Assembly: GCF_024231755.1 (NCBI RefSeq)
Contig: NZ_JAAEQH010000061.1
Coordinates: 37,762 to 77,761, forward strand
Reading direction: 5' to 3'
DNA: 40,000 bases
Source: Neptuniibacter sp.
Lineage (GTDB): Bacteria > Pseudomonadota > Gammaproteobacteria > Pseudomonadales > Balneatricaceae
Position numbers and translations under genes: made by a program. The notes under the pieces were generated by a model. That model ran no database searches. It saw nothing but the letters and a program-made list of their open reading frames with translations, and was not told the origin of the DNA. Below are positions 10,788-22,989 of the stretch, in pieces. Numbering within the stretch: the first letter of the stretch is position 1; every line of letters begins with the position of its first letter.

Positions 10788-10818
10788 ACTTTCTGCAAAA
10801 CAGAAGAAGAAGCGAATA

Positions 10819-11118
<300 letters not shown>

Positions 11119-11167
11119 TCAAAGATAAATATAGCATTAGAGGGATTTATCTGCTTTTAGCTGATGT

Positions 11168-11890
11168 TTATTTTCGATCGGTCTGAATCAGCGTCCAATG
11201 ACCATCAATCAGCAGCTCAAATGGCTTGAAAGCAATCTTGTAGCTCATTTTGCGACAGCTTTTTACCCAGTAGCCCAGATAAAGATACTGATAGCCTTGC
11301 TCGATACTGTATTTTATCTGCCAAAGGATACAGAAAGTGCCTAGACTGCGCTTGTCGAGGGACGGGTCATAGAAAGTGTATATAGCGGATAAGCCTTGAT
11401 CCAGCATATCAACAACACTGACCGCAACCAGCTGGTCATTCTGATCCCTGAACTCAAAGAAGTAAGTCTGTTCTTCACCTTCAACTAGAAATGAGGTGAA
11501 TTGATCCAGGCTTGGAGGGTACATATCTCCATCCTGGTGGCGCTCATTGATATAGCGGGAGTACAAAGTGTAATACTCCTGAGTAAAACATGGCTTGCAG
11601 CGTTTTACGGTCAGGTCTTTGTTTTTACTCATCACTCGCTTTTGACTCTTGCTCATTTTGTAGATAGCAAGAGGAATTCTTACCGAGATGCAAGCCTGGC
11701 AATCTTCGCAATGGGGGCGGTAGATATGCTTACCGCTACGCCTAAAGCCCATGTCAGACAACTGGCTGTAAGCAGACTGGCTGATCTCAGCATGCGGATC
11801 AACAAACAGCGTTTTAGCAGTTTTATCAGGTAAGTAACTGCAATCGTGCTCAGGTGTTGCGTAAAAATGTAGAGTACGGAGGTTTGTCAC
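11168..11890 (-). CDS. bpt: Aspartate/glutamate leucyltransferase (arginyltransferase-family Bpt), N-end rule pathway
   Basis: Ate/Bpt family features (HFYATPEHDCSYLPDK, FRRSGKHIYRPHCEDCQACISVRI, LSAIYTFYDP, YLYLGYW). Confidence 0.85.
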   Translation of the reverse strand: MTNLRTLHFYATPEHDCSYLPDKTAKTLFVDPHAEISQSAYSQLSDMGFRRSGKHIYRPHCEDCQACISVRIPLAIYKMSKSQKRVMSKNKDLTVKRCKPCFTQEYYTLYSRYINERHQDGDMYPPSLDQFTSFLVEGEEQTYFFEFRDQNDQLVAVSVVDMLDQGLSAIYTFYDPSLDKRSLGTFCILWQIKYSIEQGYQYLYLGYWVKSCRKMSYKIAFKPFELLIDGHWTLIQTDRK

Positions 11891-11913
11891 TGTATTCCTG
11901 CCTGACCTATATT

Positions 11914-12600
11914 TTACTCATCAAACTGCCAGCTATGCTCTGTTTCTTCATCTAGATACAGAGTTAAGTAGTTCTGAAACTCAGATCTTGAAATCTCTTC
12001 GGCACCTAAGCTGAAGAGGTGGTCATTACTAACTTGGCAGTCTATTAAAGCATAGCCCCAGATTCGCAGCTGTTCGACCATTTTTATAAATGCGATTTTT
12101 GATGCATCTCTGGCGCGACTAAACATTGATTCGCCAAAAAATAGTTTCCCCATCGCCAAACCATACAAGCCGCCCACAAGCTCTCCATCAATATAAACCT
12201 CAACGGAGTGGGCAATGCCTTTATTGTGAAGGTCACAATATGACTGCTTCATCTCTTCAGTAATCCAGGTACCACCATCATCATCCCGCGGGGATGAGCA
12301 TGCCTCAATTACAGCCGGAAAGTTACGATCAAAACAAACGGCGTAATCCTTTTTTTTCAAACGCTTACGCATACTTCTTGATATGTGGATTTGATCTGGT
12401 TTGACTACGCAACGGGGATTAGGGCTCCACCAAAGGATGGGTTCGCCAGGACTATACCAAGGAAAAATTCCGGAACGATACGCAGAGATCAGGCGCGTAG
12501 AAGTAAGATCGCCGCCGGCAGCCAGTAGGCCATTTGGGTCATCCAGGGCATGGTCAATAGGAGGGAAGGGTTCTGTACTGTATTGCAGCCAGGGGATCAT
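11914..12600 (-). CDS. aat: Leucyl/phenylalanyl-tRNA--protein transferase
   Basis: [40 protein letters not shown] and [26 protein letters not shown] are Aat hallmarks. Confidence 0.92.
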   Translation of the reverse strand: MIPWLQYSTEPFPPIDHALDDPNGLLAAGGDLTSTRLISAYRSGIFPWYSPGEPILWWSPNPRCVVKPDQIHISRSMRKRLKKKDYAVCFDRNFPAVIEACSSPRDDDGGTWITEEMKQSYCDLHNKGIAHSVEVYIDGELVGGLYGLAMGKLFFGESMFSRARDASKIAFIKMVEQLRIWGYALIDCQVSNDHLFSLGAEEISRSEFQNYLTLYLDEETEHSWQFDE

Positions 12601-12639
12601 AAAAAAGCGGAGATCTTGCGATGATCTCCGCCCTCACAT

Positions 12640-13629
<990 letters not shown>

Positions 13630-13660
13630 TTATAAAGAGATGGGGGCGGGTGCTACTTTA

Positions 13661-14491
13661 TCAACCCGCCAGATTCACTTTATCGTTGATCTGATTGTAG
13701 AACTTGTTCAGAGAAAGCATCATGAAATTGATGCCGGAAGGGTCACGAACATAACCCTCAATAGGTTCAGCTCGATCCATAGACTTAACTTTATCCATAG
13801 AAACAGCGGAATAATCGATAATATCCCCGATATCGTCCAGCACAAGGGAGAACCAAGGCGTTCTGCCATCCTGAGTAAGGTGCAGGACAATTGGATGAAT
13901 GCTGTTGTTCAGATAGTCGGTAATGTAATCGAGCACTCGAAGTAGCTTTTTCAGCGTTGTCTGCTTCTCGATCCGAAGCTCTTCGACAGCCTGATCACGG
14001 TGGCCAGCAGCAGTCATATCCAGTAACTTGTCTGCAAGGGAATGGATATGCATGTGCGGCAATTCGATTTTATCGAGTAGCGTACGCAGGCCTTCATCAT
14101 CGGTTTCAAAACTATAGAACCACTGACCAAAAGCACACATTCTTGGGTTACGTGGCTTTGTGAATGGCTCGTCAGTCATAATCGAATGTTCTAGGGCGTT
14201 AACCCAATCGATATGAGCTTGTTGGTAGGTTTTAATTTCCCCAACCAGTTTCAGTAACTCATCTCGCTCTTTGTTTTGCGAAAGTGCCGTTGCGCATTCA
14301 AATACTCTTACCAGCGTGTTTCTGAAGTCCAGGTAGCCAATAAATCCTTCCACATTCTGAGTTGCGTACTTGATTTCTCCGTAACTATCAGAGAAAGAGA
14401 GTATGTGGCTTACATCAATGCCGAAGAGGCTATCACCAATTGAAAAAGTGAGCGCTCGACTGGTTTCTGTATGTAAATTAGACAACGACAT
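13661..14491 (-). CDS. CheW-like domain protein with an internally inserted chemoreceptor zinc-binding (CZB) domain
   Basis: The two CheW halves (LTFSIGDSLFGIDVSHIL...GFIGYLDFRNTLVRVF and PIVLHLTQDGRTPWFSLVLDDIGDIIDY) flank a CZB signature: H93-IDW ... C119-AFGQW ... H146-MHI-H150. Confidence 0.7.
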   Translation of the reverse strand: MSLSNLHTETSRALTFSIGDSLFGIDVSHILSFSDSYGEIKYATQNVEGFIGYLDFRNTLVRVFECATALSQNKERDELLKLVGEIKTYQQAHIDWVNALEHSIMTDEPFTKPRNPRMCAFGQWFYSFETDDEGLRTLLDKIELPHMHIHSLADKLLDMTAAGHRDQAVEELRIEKQTTLKKLLRVLDYITDYLNNSIHPIVLHLTQDGRTPWFSLVLDDIGDIIDYSAVSMDKVKSMDRAEPIEGYVRDPSGINFMMLSLNKFYNQINDKVNLAG

Positions 14492-14595
14492 GAAGTTACA
14501 TCCAGTTATTCGATCTTTGTTAGCTAACTATGGATTATTCCTTGCAACTCATCAACAGCGTTTAGGTAATTTATGTTATTGTTGCCCCAGCTTTT

Positions 14596-17262
14596 TTGTT
14601 AAATTTTGATGGAGCTCCAACCTTGAGTGTGACCGATAACGGACAGCGTTTAAGTTTTTCTCAGTTATTGGCAAGAATTAGTCGTGAATCCTTCCTGATC
14701 ATCACGATTGCCCTCTGTGTTTTTTTATTTGTAGCGCTACTAGGATTCGACCCCAAAGACTCAGGCTGGTCTCATTTGGGGTATCAACCTGAAGTCAGTA
14801 ATTTTACCGGACCGGCAGGTGCTTGGCTGGCTGATCTGTTTATCTCTGTATTGGGGTTAGGCGCATATCTAGTTCCAGTGCTTGTTCTATATCCCGTTAT
14901 TCGCTTTATGTTTCATAAAGAACATAAAGTGATTGATGCCATACCCTATTTTATTCTTCGCACCACCGGCAGCATTATCCTGCTAATCGCTTTTTGCTCT
15001 CTGTGTGCCACACATATCTCTAATTCTGCGATGGAATTCCCGTTTACCAGTGGTGGAATTGTTGGCGAAGCTATCTCTGACTGGTCTGTTTCCTGGTTCA
15101 GCATTGTAGGCAGCTCCGTAGCACTGTTCACTCTGCTTCTGTTCGGCCTGACTCTTCTATTAGAAATGGGCTGGGCTGGACTACTCGAATATATGGGCGA
15201 GTCTGTTGTAGACGGTAGCCAGAAGGTGTTACCTGAAGGTAAGAAAGTTGAAGCGCTTAACCTTTCTGAGGAACAACTAAGAGAGGCCGAAGACTCATTC
15301 CGTCGCGACCTAATGGAAGAAGGTGTTTCTGAACAAGCACCACCACTCGTCAAAGATAAAGTTGAACCTTCACTATTTGACCAGAACCCTGAAGAGAACA
15401 CCCTCAAAGTCGAACAGAGTTATTCTCAGCCTGCAGCTGAATCAGTACCTGAATCTGAGCTTGAAGAAAAACTATCTGAGATTCCTGTTATAAGTTCGAT
15501 GCGCTCAACTGAACAGACCTCGAGCCCTGAAGCCACACCTAATGTCATTCATAAAGCCGCGCCCGAGGTGCCAGTTGCAGCAAAAACGGCTGACATCGCG
15601 CCTTTCGAGCCTTCGTCAGCTCCTGAATTCATTGATGCCAAAACTACTGCTCAGGACAAACCGCAGGTCAAAATCGTACCGCTTTCCGAGACTCACAAGC
15701 CAATGCAGGACACTGAGTTGGGCTTAGATGAAGCGGCAGAGGCACCTAAGCGTAAGCCTAAACGATCTATACCGCCACTTGATCTTCTGGATCCTCCCGA
15801 ACTCAATACAAACACTGGGTACTCTCCAGATGAATTGGAGCAGATGTCTCGGTTACTAGAAGCCAAGCTTAAAGACTTTGGCGTAGTAGCAGAGGTAGTA
15901 GAAGTTAACCCTGGTCCTGTAATTACCCGATTTGAGATTCAGCCGGCACCAGGCGTCAAAGCCAGTAAGATTACCAACTTGGCCAAAGACCTTGCACGTT
16001 CCATGGCCGTCAGCAGCGTTCGTGTTGTAGAGGTCATTGCAGGCAAATCCGTAGTAGGTATCGAGATTCCTAATGAAACGCGCCTGACTGTTCATCTAAG
16101 CGAGGTATTAAGTTCCAAGCCATACCTGTCAGCCGCCTCAAAAATCACTATCGGTTTAGGTAATGATATTGCTGGTAACCCTGTTGTAGCCAATCTGGCA
16201 AAAATGCCTCATTTGTTGGTTGCCGGCACAACGGGTTCAGGTAAGTCGGTAGGTGTGAATGCGATGCTACTATCGCTTTTATTTAAAGCGACACCTGACG
16301 AAGTGCGACTAATCCTGGTTGACCCTAAGATGCTGGAGCTTTCTATTTATGAAGGTGTTCCTCATCTTTTGACTCCTGTTATCACGGATATGAAAGACGC
16401 GGCCTCGGGACTGCGCTGGTGCGTAGGGGAGATGGAGCGCCGCTATCGTTTAATGGCTAAGATGGGTGTGCGTAATCTTGCAGGCTTTAACGACAAGATC
16501 GAAGAAGCACGTAAGAATGGCGATCCTCTGCGTGATCCACTTTGGAATCCGGAAGAGCATGGTGAGCCTTTTGGTACACCTGCACCGGAACTGGAACCGC
16601 TGCCATATATCGTTGTTGTGATTGATGAGTTTGCCGATATGATGATGATCGTCGGCAAGAAAGTAGAAGAATTGATTGCGCGTATCGCCCAGAAAGCTCG
16701 TGCTGCGGGGATACATTTGATTCTGGCCACACAGCGACCATCGGTTGATGTCATCACAGGCCTAATCAAGGCCAACATCCCAACCCGTATCGCATTCCAG
16801 GTTTCGTCCCGTATCGACTCACGAACTATTCTGGATCAATCCGGTGCTGAGCATCTGCTGGGCTGGGGTGACATGCTCTATCTGCCAGCTGGCACAAGCT
16901 TGCCGAACCGTGTTCATGGCGCATTTGTGAGCGATGATGAGGTTCACAGGGTTGTTGAAGCGTGGAAGAAACTAGGCACACCAGACTACATCACCGAAAT
17001 AACTGAAGGAGAAACTCTTTCAGACGGCGGAGGTTCAGGTTCACTGTTCGATGATGAGCAAGACCCACTCTATGACGAAGCAGTGGCATTTGTACTGGAA
17101 ACCCGCAAAGCATCGATATCCAGCGTGCAGCGCAAACTAAAAATTGGTTACAACCGCGCAGCGCGAATGGTAGAAGCGATGGAAATGGCAGGAGTGGTCA
17201 GCCCGGCAGGTAGCAATGGGCAGCGGGAAGTACTGGCACCAAATGCCAACGGAGAGATGTAA
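14596..17262 (+). CDS. ftsK: DNA translocase FtsK
   Basis: N-terminal TM segments, a Pro/Glu/Ala-rich linker, motor domain Walker [13 protein letters not shown], and gamma/KOPS-binding domain ([23 protein letters not shown]). Start uncertain: TTG 14596 per the track, with TTG 14623 or GTG 14629 after GGAG also possible. Confidence 0.95.
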   Translation: MLNFDGAPTLSVTDNGQRLSFSQLLARISRESFLIITIALCVFLFVALLGFDPKDSGWSHLGYQPEVSNFTGPAGAWLADLFISVLGLGAYLVPVLVLYPVIRFMFHKEHKVIDAIPYFILRTTGSIILLIAFCSLCATHISNSAMEFPFTSGGIVGEAISDWSVSWFSIVGSSVALFTLLLFGLTLLLEMGWAGLLEYMGESVVDGSQKVLPEGKKVEALNLSEEQLREAEDSFRRDLMEEGVSEQAPPLVKDKVEPSLFDQNPEENTLKVEQSYSQPAAESVPESELEEKLSEIPVISSMRSTEQTSSPEATPNVIHKAAPEVPVAAKTADIAPFEPSSAPEFIDAKTTAQDKPQVKIVPLSETHKPMQDTELGLDEAAEAPKRKPKRSIPPLDLLDPPELNTNTGYSPDELEQMSRLLEAKLKDFGVVAEVVEVNPGPVITRFEIQPAPGVKASKITNLAKDLARSMAVSSVRVVEVIAGKSVVGIEIPNETRLTVHLSEVLSSKPYLSAASKITIGLGNDIAGNPVVANLAKMPHLLVAGTTGSGKSVGVNAMLLSLLFKATPDEVRLILVDPKMLELSIYEGVPHLLTPVITDMKDAASGLRWCVGEMERRYRLMAKMGVRNLAGFNDKIEEARKNGDPLRDPLWNPEEHGEPFGTPAPELEPLPYIVVVIDEFADMMMIVGKKVEELIARIAQKARAAGIHLILATQRPSVDVITGLIKANIPTRIAFQVSSRIDSRTILDQSGAEHLLGWGDMLYLPAGTSLPNRVHGAFVSDDEVHRVVEAWKKLGTPDYITEITEGETLSDGGGSGSLFDDEQDPLYDEAVAFVLETRKASISSVQRKLKIGYNRAARMVEAMEMAGVVSPAGSNGQREVLAPNANGEM

Positions 17263-17265
17263 TTA

Positions 17266-17910
17266 ATGGATAAGGTTCTTTCATCATTCAAAGCTCTATT
17301 CGGCGTGATCTTGTTAACACTTTCAGCGGTCGCATCTGCTGAAACAGGTGCGAAAAAGCTGGAACAGTTACTACAGGGATACGAGCAGTTTTCAACAAAA
17401 TTTCAGCAAGTAACACTGGCTGACAATGGCCGTGAAGCACAGAAAACAGAAGGCACATTACAATTAGCAAAGCCTAATCGTTTCCGTTGGGAAACGCAGA
17501 TGCCATTTCCGCAAGAGATTGTTTCGGATGGCAAATACATCTGGATCTACGACCCTGATCTAGAGCAGGTAACACAGAGAGCTGCTGATTCTCAGCAGGG
17601 CAGTGCACCAGCCCTGATTCTGAACGGCCAGATTGGGCAGCTGCAGAAAACTTACAAAATTCGTTTGGTTGAAGATACAGGCTCAGAGCAGATCTTTGAT
17701 CTAACCCCCATCACTGAACAGCATAGTTTCAGCCAGATCCGTTTAGCATTTGCGGATAACGTGATTTCAGAACTGATGCTGGAAGATGCGCTCGGACAGA
17801 GAACATCGGTAGTTTTCTACGAACAACAACTGAATCCGGGGCTAGATGCAGAAACGTTCTATTTCAGAGTTCCTGCAGATGCTGATCTGATAGTGGATAT
17901 TGAGGGTTAA
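17266..17910 (+). CDS. lolA: Outer-membrane lipoprotein carrier protein LolA
   Basis: Signal peptide plus LolA-family motifs (F.Q....G....G.L...[26 protein letters not shown]). Keeps the ftsK-lolA-rarA synteny. Confidence 0.9.
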   Translation: MDKVLSSFKALFGVILLTLSAVASAETGAKKLEQLLQGYEQFSTKFQQVTLADNGREAQKTEGTLQLAKPNRFRWETQMPFPQEIVSDGKYIWIYDPDLEQVTQRAADSQQGSAPALILNGQIGQLQKTYKIRLVEDTGSEQIFDLTPITEQHSFSQIRLAFADNVISELMLEDALGQRTSVVFYEQQLNPGLDAETFYFRVPADADLIVDIEG

Positions 17911-17911
17911 G

Positions 17912-19261
17912 GTGGATCTGTTTTCCCAAGCTCCTGCATATGAACCTTTGGCCGCGAAAATGCGGCCATTGTCGTTAGCAGAATACTATGGTCAAACCCA
18001 TCTTCTGGGTGAGGGGAAACCACTTCGTACCGCACTCGAGCAGGGTTCTGCTCACTCAATGATTTTCTGGGGACCTCCCGGTGTAGGTAAAACCACACTA
18101 GCCAAGCTGATAGCTCATCATGTGGATGCGCATTTCATCACGTTGTCTGCCGTACTTTCCGGTGTTAAGGATATACGGGTAGCAGTTGAGCAAGCGAAAC
18201 AACATTCAGCGCAGAGCGGTCGTAAAACCATCTTATTTGTTGATGAGGTACACCGCTTTAACAAATCCCAGCAGGATGCATTTCTACCCTATATTGAAGA
18301 TGGCACCATCATTTTTGTTGGTGCGACCACAGAAAACCCATCGTTTGAGCTAAACAACGCACTGCTTTCCCGCGCCCGTGTTTATCTGCTTCGTTCGCTT
18401 GATGAAAGCGACATTCTGGAAGTGCTACAACGGGCCTTAAATGATTCTGAAAAAGGGTTAGGAGATCGACAGCTAAATATCTCTGACGAGATGTTAAACC
18501 GATTGGCTCAGGCTGCAGATGGTGACGCCCGCCGCTCCTTAAACCTGCTTGAGATAGCAGCCGATCTTGCCGAAAAGCAAGCCGACGGCAACGAGCTGAT
18601 TAATGAACAGGTCCTAGAAGAAGTACTGCGCTCTAGTGGCCGTCGCTACGATAAGCAGGGTGATCTTTTCTATGACATGATCTCTGCTTTTCATAAATCG
18701 GTTCGTGGCTCATCTCCCGATGGTGCGCTGTACTGGTATTGCCGAATGTTAGACGGCGGTTGCGATCCGCTTTATGTGGCGCGCAGGCTTGTCGCTATCG
18801 CATCGGAAGATATTGGCAACGCTGATCCGCGAGCGATGCAGGTTGCACTGTCTGCCTGGGACGCATTTGAACGCGTAGGACCAGCAGAAGGTGAGCGCGC
18901 GATAGCTCAAGCTGCTGTGTATTGTGCTAGTGCACCTAAAAGTAATGCGCTGTATCAGGCATTTAATCAATGCATGGCTGACGTTAAAGCTCAGCCCAGC
19001 TATGAAGTACCCGTACATTTAAGGAATGCGCCGACCAGCCTTATGAAAGAGATGGGCTATGGCGATGAATACCGTTATGCTCATAACGAACCAGATGCCT
19101 ACGCCGCAGGGGAATGTTATCTTCCACCGGAAATTGCAGAACAACAGTGGTACCATCCGGAAAGCAGAGGCTTGGAACTAAAAATTGGCGAAAAGCTTCG
19201 CCATCTAAAGAATCTGGATATGCAAAGTCCACAGCGCCGATACGCTGACGATAAGTCCTAG
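17912..19261 (+). CDS. rarA: Replication-associated recombination protein RarA (MgsA)
   Basis: [23 protein letters not shown], Walker [21 protein letters not shown]. Start set at GTG 17912, directly after the lolA stop and GAGGG, rather than the track's TTG 17900, which overlaps lolA. Confidence 0.93.
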   Translation: MDLFSQAPAYEPLAAKMRPLSLAEYYGQTHLLGEGKPLRTALEQGSAHSMIFWGPPGVGKTTLAKLIAHHVDAHFITLSAVLSGVKDIRVAVEQAKQHSAQSGRKTILFVDEVHRFNKSQQDAFLPYIEDGTIIFVGATTENPSFELNNALLSRARVYLLRSLDESDILEVLQRALNDSEKGLGDRQLNISDEMLNRLAQAADGDARRSLNLLEIAADLAEKQADGNELINEQVLEEVLRSSGRRYDKQGDLFYDMISAFHKSVRGSSPDGALYWYCRMLDGGCDPLYVARRLVAIASEDIGNADPRAMQVALSAWDAFERVGPAEGERAIAQAAVYCASAPKSNALYQAFNQCMADVKAQPSYEVPVHLRNAPTSLMKEMGYGDEYRYAHNEPDAYAAGECYLPPEIAEQQWYHPESRGLELKIGEKLRHLKNLDMQSPQRRYADDKS

Positions 19262-19279
19262 AAAAGGGAAAGTGCTAGC

Positions 19280-19651
19280 ATGCAACATCTGATCGCAATT
19301 GCCATTGGAGGTGCTTTAGGAGCCATGGGTCGCTATTGGATGAGTGGCTTGCTGAACAATGCTGCTTACAAAATTCCTTATGGCACGCTGACTTGTAACG
19401 TACTTGGTTCTTTCCTGATGGGTGTCTGCTTTGTACTGATTCTTGAGAAATCCAAACTTAGCCCAGAGATGCGGCCACTTCTAATGGTTGGATTTATGGG
19501 TGCATTCACCACTTTTTCCACTTTTTCGATGGAAACTATCGCAATGCTGCAAGAAGGGCATGTTATGTCGGCAGCGATTTATATATTATTAAGCGTCCTT
19601 TTATGTCTGGTCGCGCTTTACGGCGGCCTGTGGATCACACGCTTGTTTTAA
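19280..19651 (+). CDS. crcB: Fluoride ion channel CrcB/FluC
   Basis: 123-aa protein with four TM segments and CrcB motifs (GGALGAMGRY, GTLTCNVLGSFLMG, GFMGAFTTFSTFS). Confidence 0.9.
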   Translation: MQHLIAIAIGGALGAMGRYWMSGLLNNAAYKIPYGTLTCNVLGSFLMGVCFVLILEKSKLSPEMRPLLMVGFMGAFTTFSTFSMETIAMLQEGHVMSAAIYILLSVLLCLVALYGGLWITRLF

Positions 19652-19685
19652 TCCTTGGTATTTAATCTGAGATAAGGTGTTTTAA

Positions 19686-20966
<1,281 letters not shown>

Positions 20967-20985
20967 TCTAAAGCCTGTCTTACAT

Positions 20986-21015
20986 AAAAAACACGCTTTC
21001 GGGCGTGTTTTTTTT
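20986..21015. terminator. Bidirectional rho-independent terminator shared by serS and intI
   Basis: AAAAAACACGC-tttcgg-GCGTGTTTTTTTT. It lies 20 nt after the serS stop and 4 nt from the intI stop. Confidence 0.85.
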
Positions 21016-21019
21016 ATGT

Positions 21020-21988
21020 TTATAAATCCTCAAGTGGGCTTTTAACTGCATGTCCTCCCCGATTGAGAACATGGGTATAGATCTCCGTAGTTTGCACATC
21101 AGAATGTCCCAGCTGCTCTTGAACAGTTCTAATGTCTGCGCCTCGCTCTAATAGGTGAGTTGCAAAGCTATGCCGAAAGCTATGGCAAGTGGCCGGTTTG
21201 TTTATTCCTGCCTCTAATGCCGCCTTTTTCACCGCTCGCTGAAGGGTGCGGTCATAGATATGGTGACGCCTAACTTTTCCCTCACGATTATCAAGCGTAC
21301 GCTGTCGGGCAGGGAATAGGTATTGCCATGAAAATTCAAAAGGGGCATTAGGGTATTTCTTTGCCAGTGCATAAGGCAGATATACTCCATCCCATCGCTC
21401 TGCTTGATTATCTTCCTGAAAATAAGCCCTGCATATATCTAGCTGCCTTCTAAGATCAGCCACACAAGACTCGGACAATGTAGTGATCCTGTTTTTTCTG
21501 CCTTTGCCGTCATTTACTGCAACAGTCAGTCTTTCAAAATCTATATCCTTAACCCTGAGGCGACATACTTCCATTACGCGAAGGCCAGATCCATACATCA
21601 TATTTTCGCAAGATAGGTATTCACCCTGAAGCAGGGCAAACACTGATTTGATTTCCTCTTTACTAAGGACAACCGGAATTTTCTTAGGAGTCTTCGCGCG
21701 ATGAAAATCACCCAATTCAAGCAACGCCTGATCCCAGTTAAGAAACCTCTTATACAAATACATCAATGCGTTTAAAGCGGTCTTCTGAGTCGAAGGGGTA
21801 ACTTTCTGAGTAATTGCTAAATGCTCGAGGTATTGAACAATATGGTCAGCCGATAGATTGCTTGGGTGAGCTCGGTTGTGGAAGCGGATATATCCTAAAA
21901 TCCAATATATGTATGTTTGCTCTGTACGCTTGCTGTAATGACGGGCTCGAAGATGCTCACGAATAGCCTGCATAAAGGGAGAAGACAT
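21020..21988 (-). CDS. intI: Integron integrase IntI (tyrosine recombinase)
   Basis: Tyrosine recombinase boxes (GLRVMEVCRLRVKDID; HSFRHSFATHLL; LGHSDVQTTEIYTHV) plus the IntI-specific insertion LPYALAKKYPNAPFEFSWQYLFP...GKVRRHHI, which parallels IntI1 ALERKYP...VVRRHH. C-terminus HAVKSPLEDL. Confidence 0.95.
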   Translation of the reverse strand: MSSPFMQAIREHLRARHYSKRTEQTYIYWILGYIRFHNRAHPSNLSADHIVQYLEHLAITQKVTPSTQKTALNALMYLYKRFLNWDQALLELGDFHRAKTPKKIPVVLSKEEIKSVFALLQGEYLSCENMMYGSGLRVMEVCRLRVKDIDFERLTVAVNDGKGRKNRITTLSESCVADLRRQLDICRAYFQEDNQAERWDGVYLPYALAKKYPNAPFEFSWQYLFPARQRTLDNREGKVRRHHIYDRTLQRAVKKAALEAGINKPATCHSFRHSFATHLLERGADIRTVQEQLGHSDVQTTEIYTHVLNRGGHAVKSPLEDL

Positions 21989-22002
21989 AGTACATCCTTA
22001 TG

Positions 22003-22018
22003 CTGTTTTTTTATCCAG
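22003..22018. promoter_or_regulatory. LexA-box-like operator (CTG-N10-CAG) just upstream of intI
   Basis: tgCTGTTTTTTTATCCAGca has palindromic TGCTG/CAGCA arms, lies 15-30 nt upstream of the intI ATG, and sits just downstream of a TAAAAT -10-like hexamer on the intI strand. Confidence 0.45.
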
Positions 22019-22154
22019 CATTTTATCTGTGAATGGGTTGTGCAAGGATAGCAGGACAAAAGTGTAATTTTCTCCATGAAGGAGAAAACCTCAGGCAAGG
22101 AAAGCTTATGAATTTCAAATACCTAAAGCTCTCTCTTAATTTTTCTCTACGGAG

Positions 22155-22213
22155 ATATATGTCAAATTGTCGTAATTAATTGCGTCAATCTGTCATATAT
22201 TTAGCTGTTAAAT
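22155..22213 (+). other. attI recombination site (direct repeats plus simple site, crossover G^TTAAAT at 22207/22208)
   Basis: Direct repeats GTCAAattGTCg (22161-22172) and GTCAAtctGTCa (22184-22195) are followed by ATTTAgctGTTAAAT. GTTAAAT fits GTTRRRY and is the exact reverse complement of the cassette-1 R'' box ATTTAAC. Confidence 0.7.
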
Positions 22214-22229
22214 GTCCAGGGATGGTTAG

Positions 22230-22592
22230 ATGCCAGTTTCAATCTTACTTTGTTTATATGGTTGGCCTTTTCTTGTTGGACTGGGGTGTTACTTGGGGAT
22301 CGCCTCCGCAAAGGTTAGATCAGGTTTCCTAGGCTTATTAAAGAGCTATTTTTGTCTGCTGGTGGCAATCTCTCTTTCGTGGTTGGCAACTTTATTCATT
22401 GAGGTGTGGGTCATACCTCACTCAATTAGCGCAGAGTGCGTAAGTCGTCTGGATAGCTGCAATATTACACTGCTAGAATTTGGAGACTGGCTCGAAACAT
22501 GGAATTTTATAGTTTTAGAAATTTCTGCTGTTATGGCGTCCATTGTTTTAGCAGTGAAACAGGTAAAAAATTTAACAAAAACAGGCAGTTGA
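22230..22592 (+). CDS. Cassette 1: small integral membrane protein (120 aa, about 3 TM), unknown function
   Basis: ORF with AGGGA 7 nt upstream and about three hydrophobic segments. The stop lies inside attC1. Confidence 0.6.
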   Translation: MPVSILLCLYGWPFLVGLGCYLGIASAKVRSGFLGLLKSYFCLLVAISLSWLATLFIEVWVIPHSISAECVSRLDSCNITLLEFGDWLETWNFIVLEISAVMASIVLAVKQVKNLTKTGS

Positions 22593-22626
22593 CGCGCAAT
22601 GCGCTCAACTGCTGTAAGCGTTATGT
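22570..22626 (+). other. attC site 1 (57 bp)
   Basis: ATTTAAC-aaaaa-CAG[G]CAGTTGA-c-GCGCaatGCGC-TCAACTGCTG-taagc-GTTATGT. R''/R' boxes, 5-nt unpaired spacers, and an extrahelical G in L''. Confidence 0.85.
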
Positions 22627-22643
22627 TTCTTTAGGTCCTTACT

Positions 22644-22931
22644 ATGTTGGCTTTTAATTGTGATCCATTGATAGAGCAAGTTTTTACGGTAGGTTTTGTT
22701 TTATCAATCCTTGTAGTCATCGTTACAGGTTTTGTTGTTTTCTCAAATGAAACAAAACCAGAGAAAGGTAAATGGGTTCTTTTAGAAATACTGGGACCAC
22801 TTCATCCATTAGTAACAAATCGTTATTTGAATGAAAAAGGCAGGAAATGGAAAGCCTATGCTGGAATTGCAATTCTTTGTTTGGTTGCAAGCATACTAGT
22901 TTTGGAGTTATTGCCGTCATGCCAACCTTAA
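22644..22931 (+). CDS. Cassette 2: small membrane protein (95 aa, about 2 TM), unknown function
   Basis: ORF filling cassette 22621-22973, with two hydrophobic segments. No SD sequence, which is common for cassette ORFs. Confidence 0.5.
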   Translation: MLAFNCDPLIEQVFTVGFVLSILVVIVTGFVVFSNETKPEKGKWVLLEILGPLHPLVTNRYLNEKGRKWKAYAGIAILCLVASILVLELLPSCQP

Positions 22932-22979
22932 AACATAACAAAAAACATCAAAAGTCGCCCTACAGGCTTGGGCGTTATG
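22932..22979 (+). other. attC site 2 (atypically short, 48 bp)
   Basis: ACATAAC ... tgggc-GTTATGG. The R'' box is the exact reverse complement of the cassette-2 start GTTATGT. Internal pairing is weak (AA[GTC]GCC-ctaca-GGCTT). Confidence 0.6.
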
Positions 22980-22989
22980 GTATTACACG

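Noticed and set aside
14946-15407. A 153-aa ORF antisense to the ftsK linker region, plus several antisense ORFs at 16443-16778
   Set aside because: They overlap the well-supported ftsK CDS. Their products are Ser/Arg-rich shadow-frame sequences with no start signals.
19262-19279. An expected fluoride riboswitch upstream of crcB
   Set aside because: Only 18 nt separate the rarA stop from the crcB start, which is too short for the crcB RNA motif. The gene is probably co-transcribed with rarA.
22100-22206. A cassette promoter (Pc) in the intI-attI spacer, for example TTGCGT / TATATT
   Set aside because: No -35/-10 pair with acceptable spacing (16-18 nt) could be found by eye. It is left uncalled.
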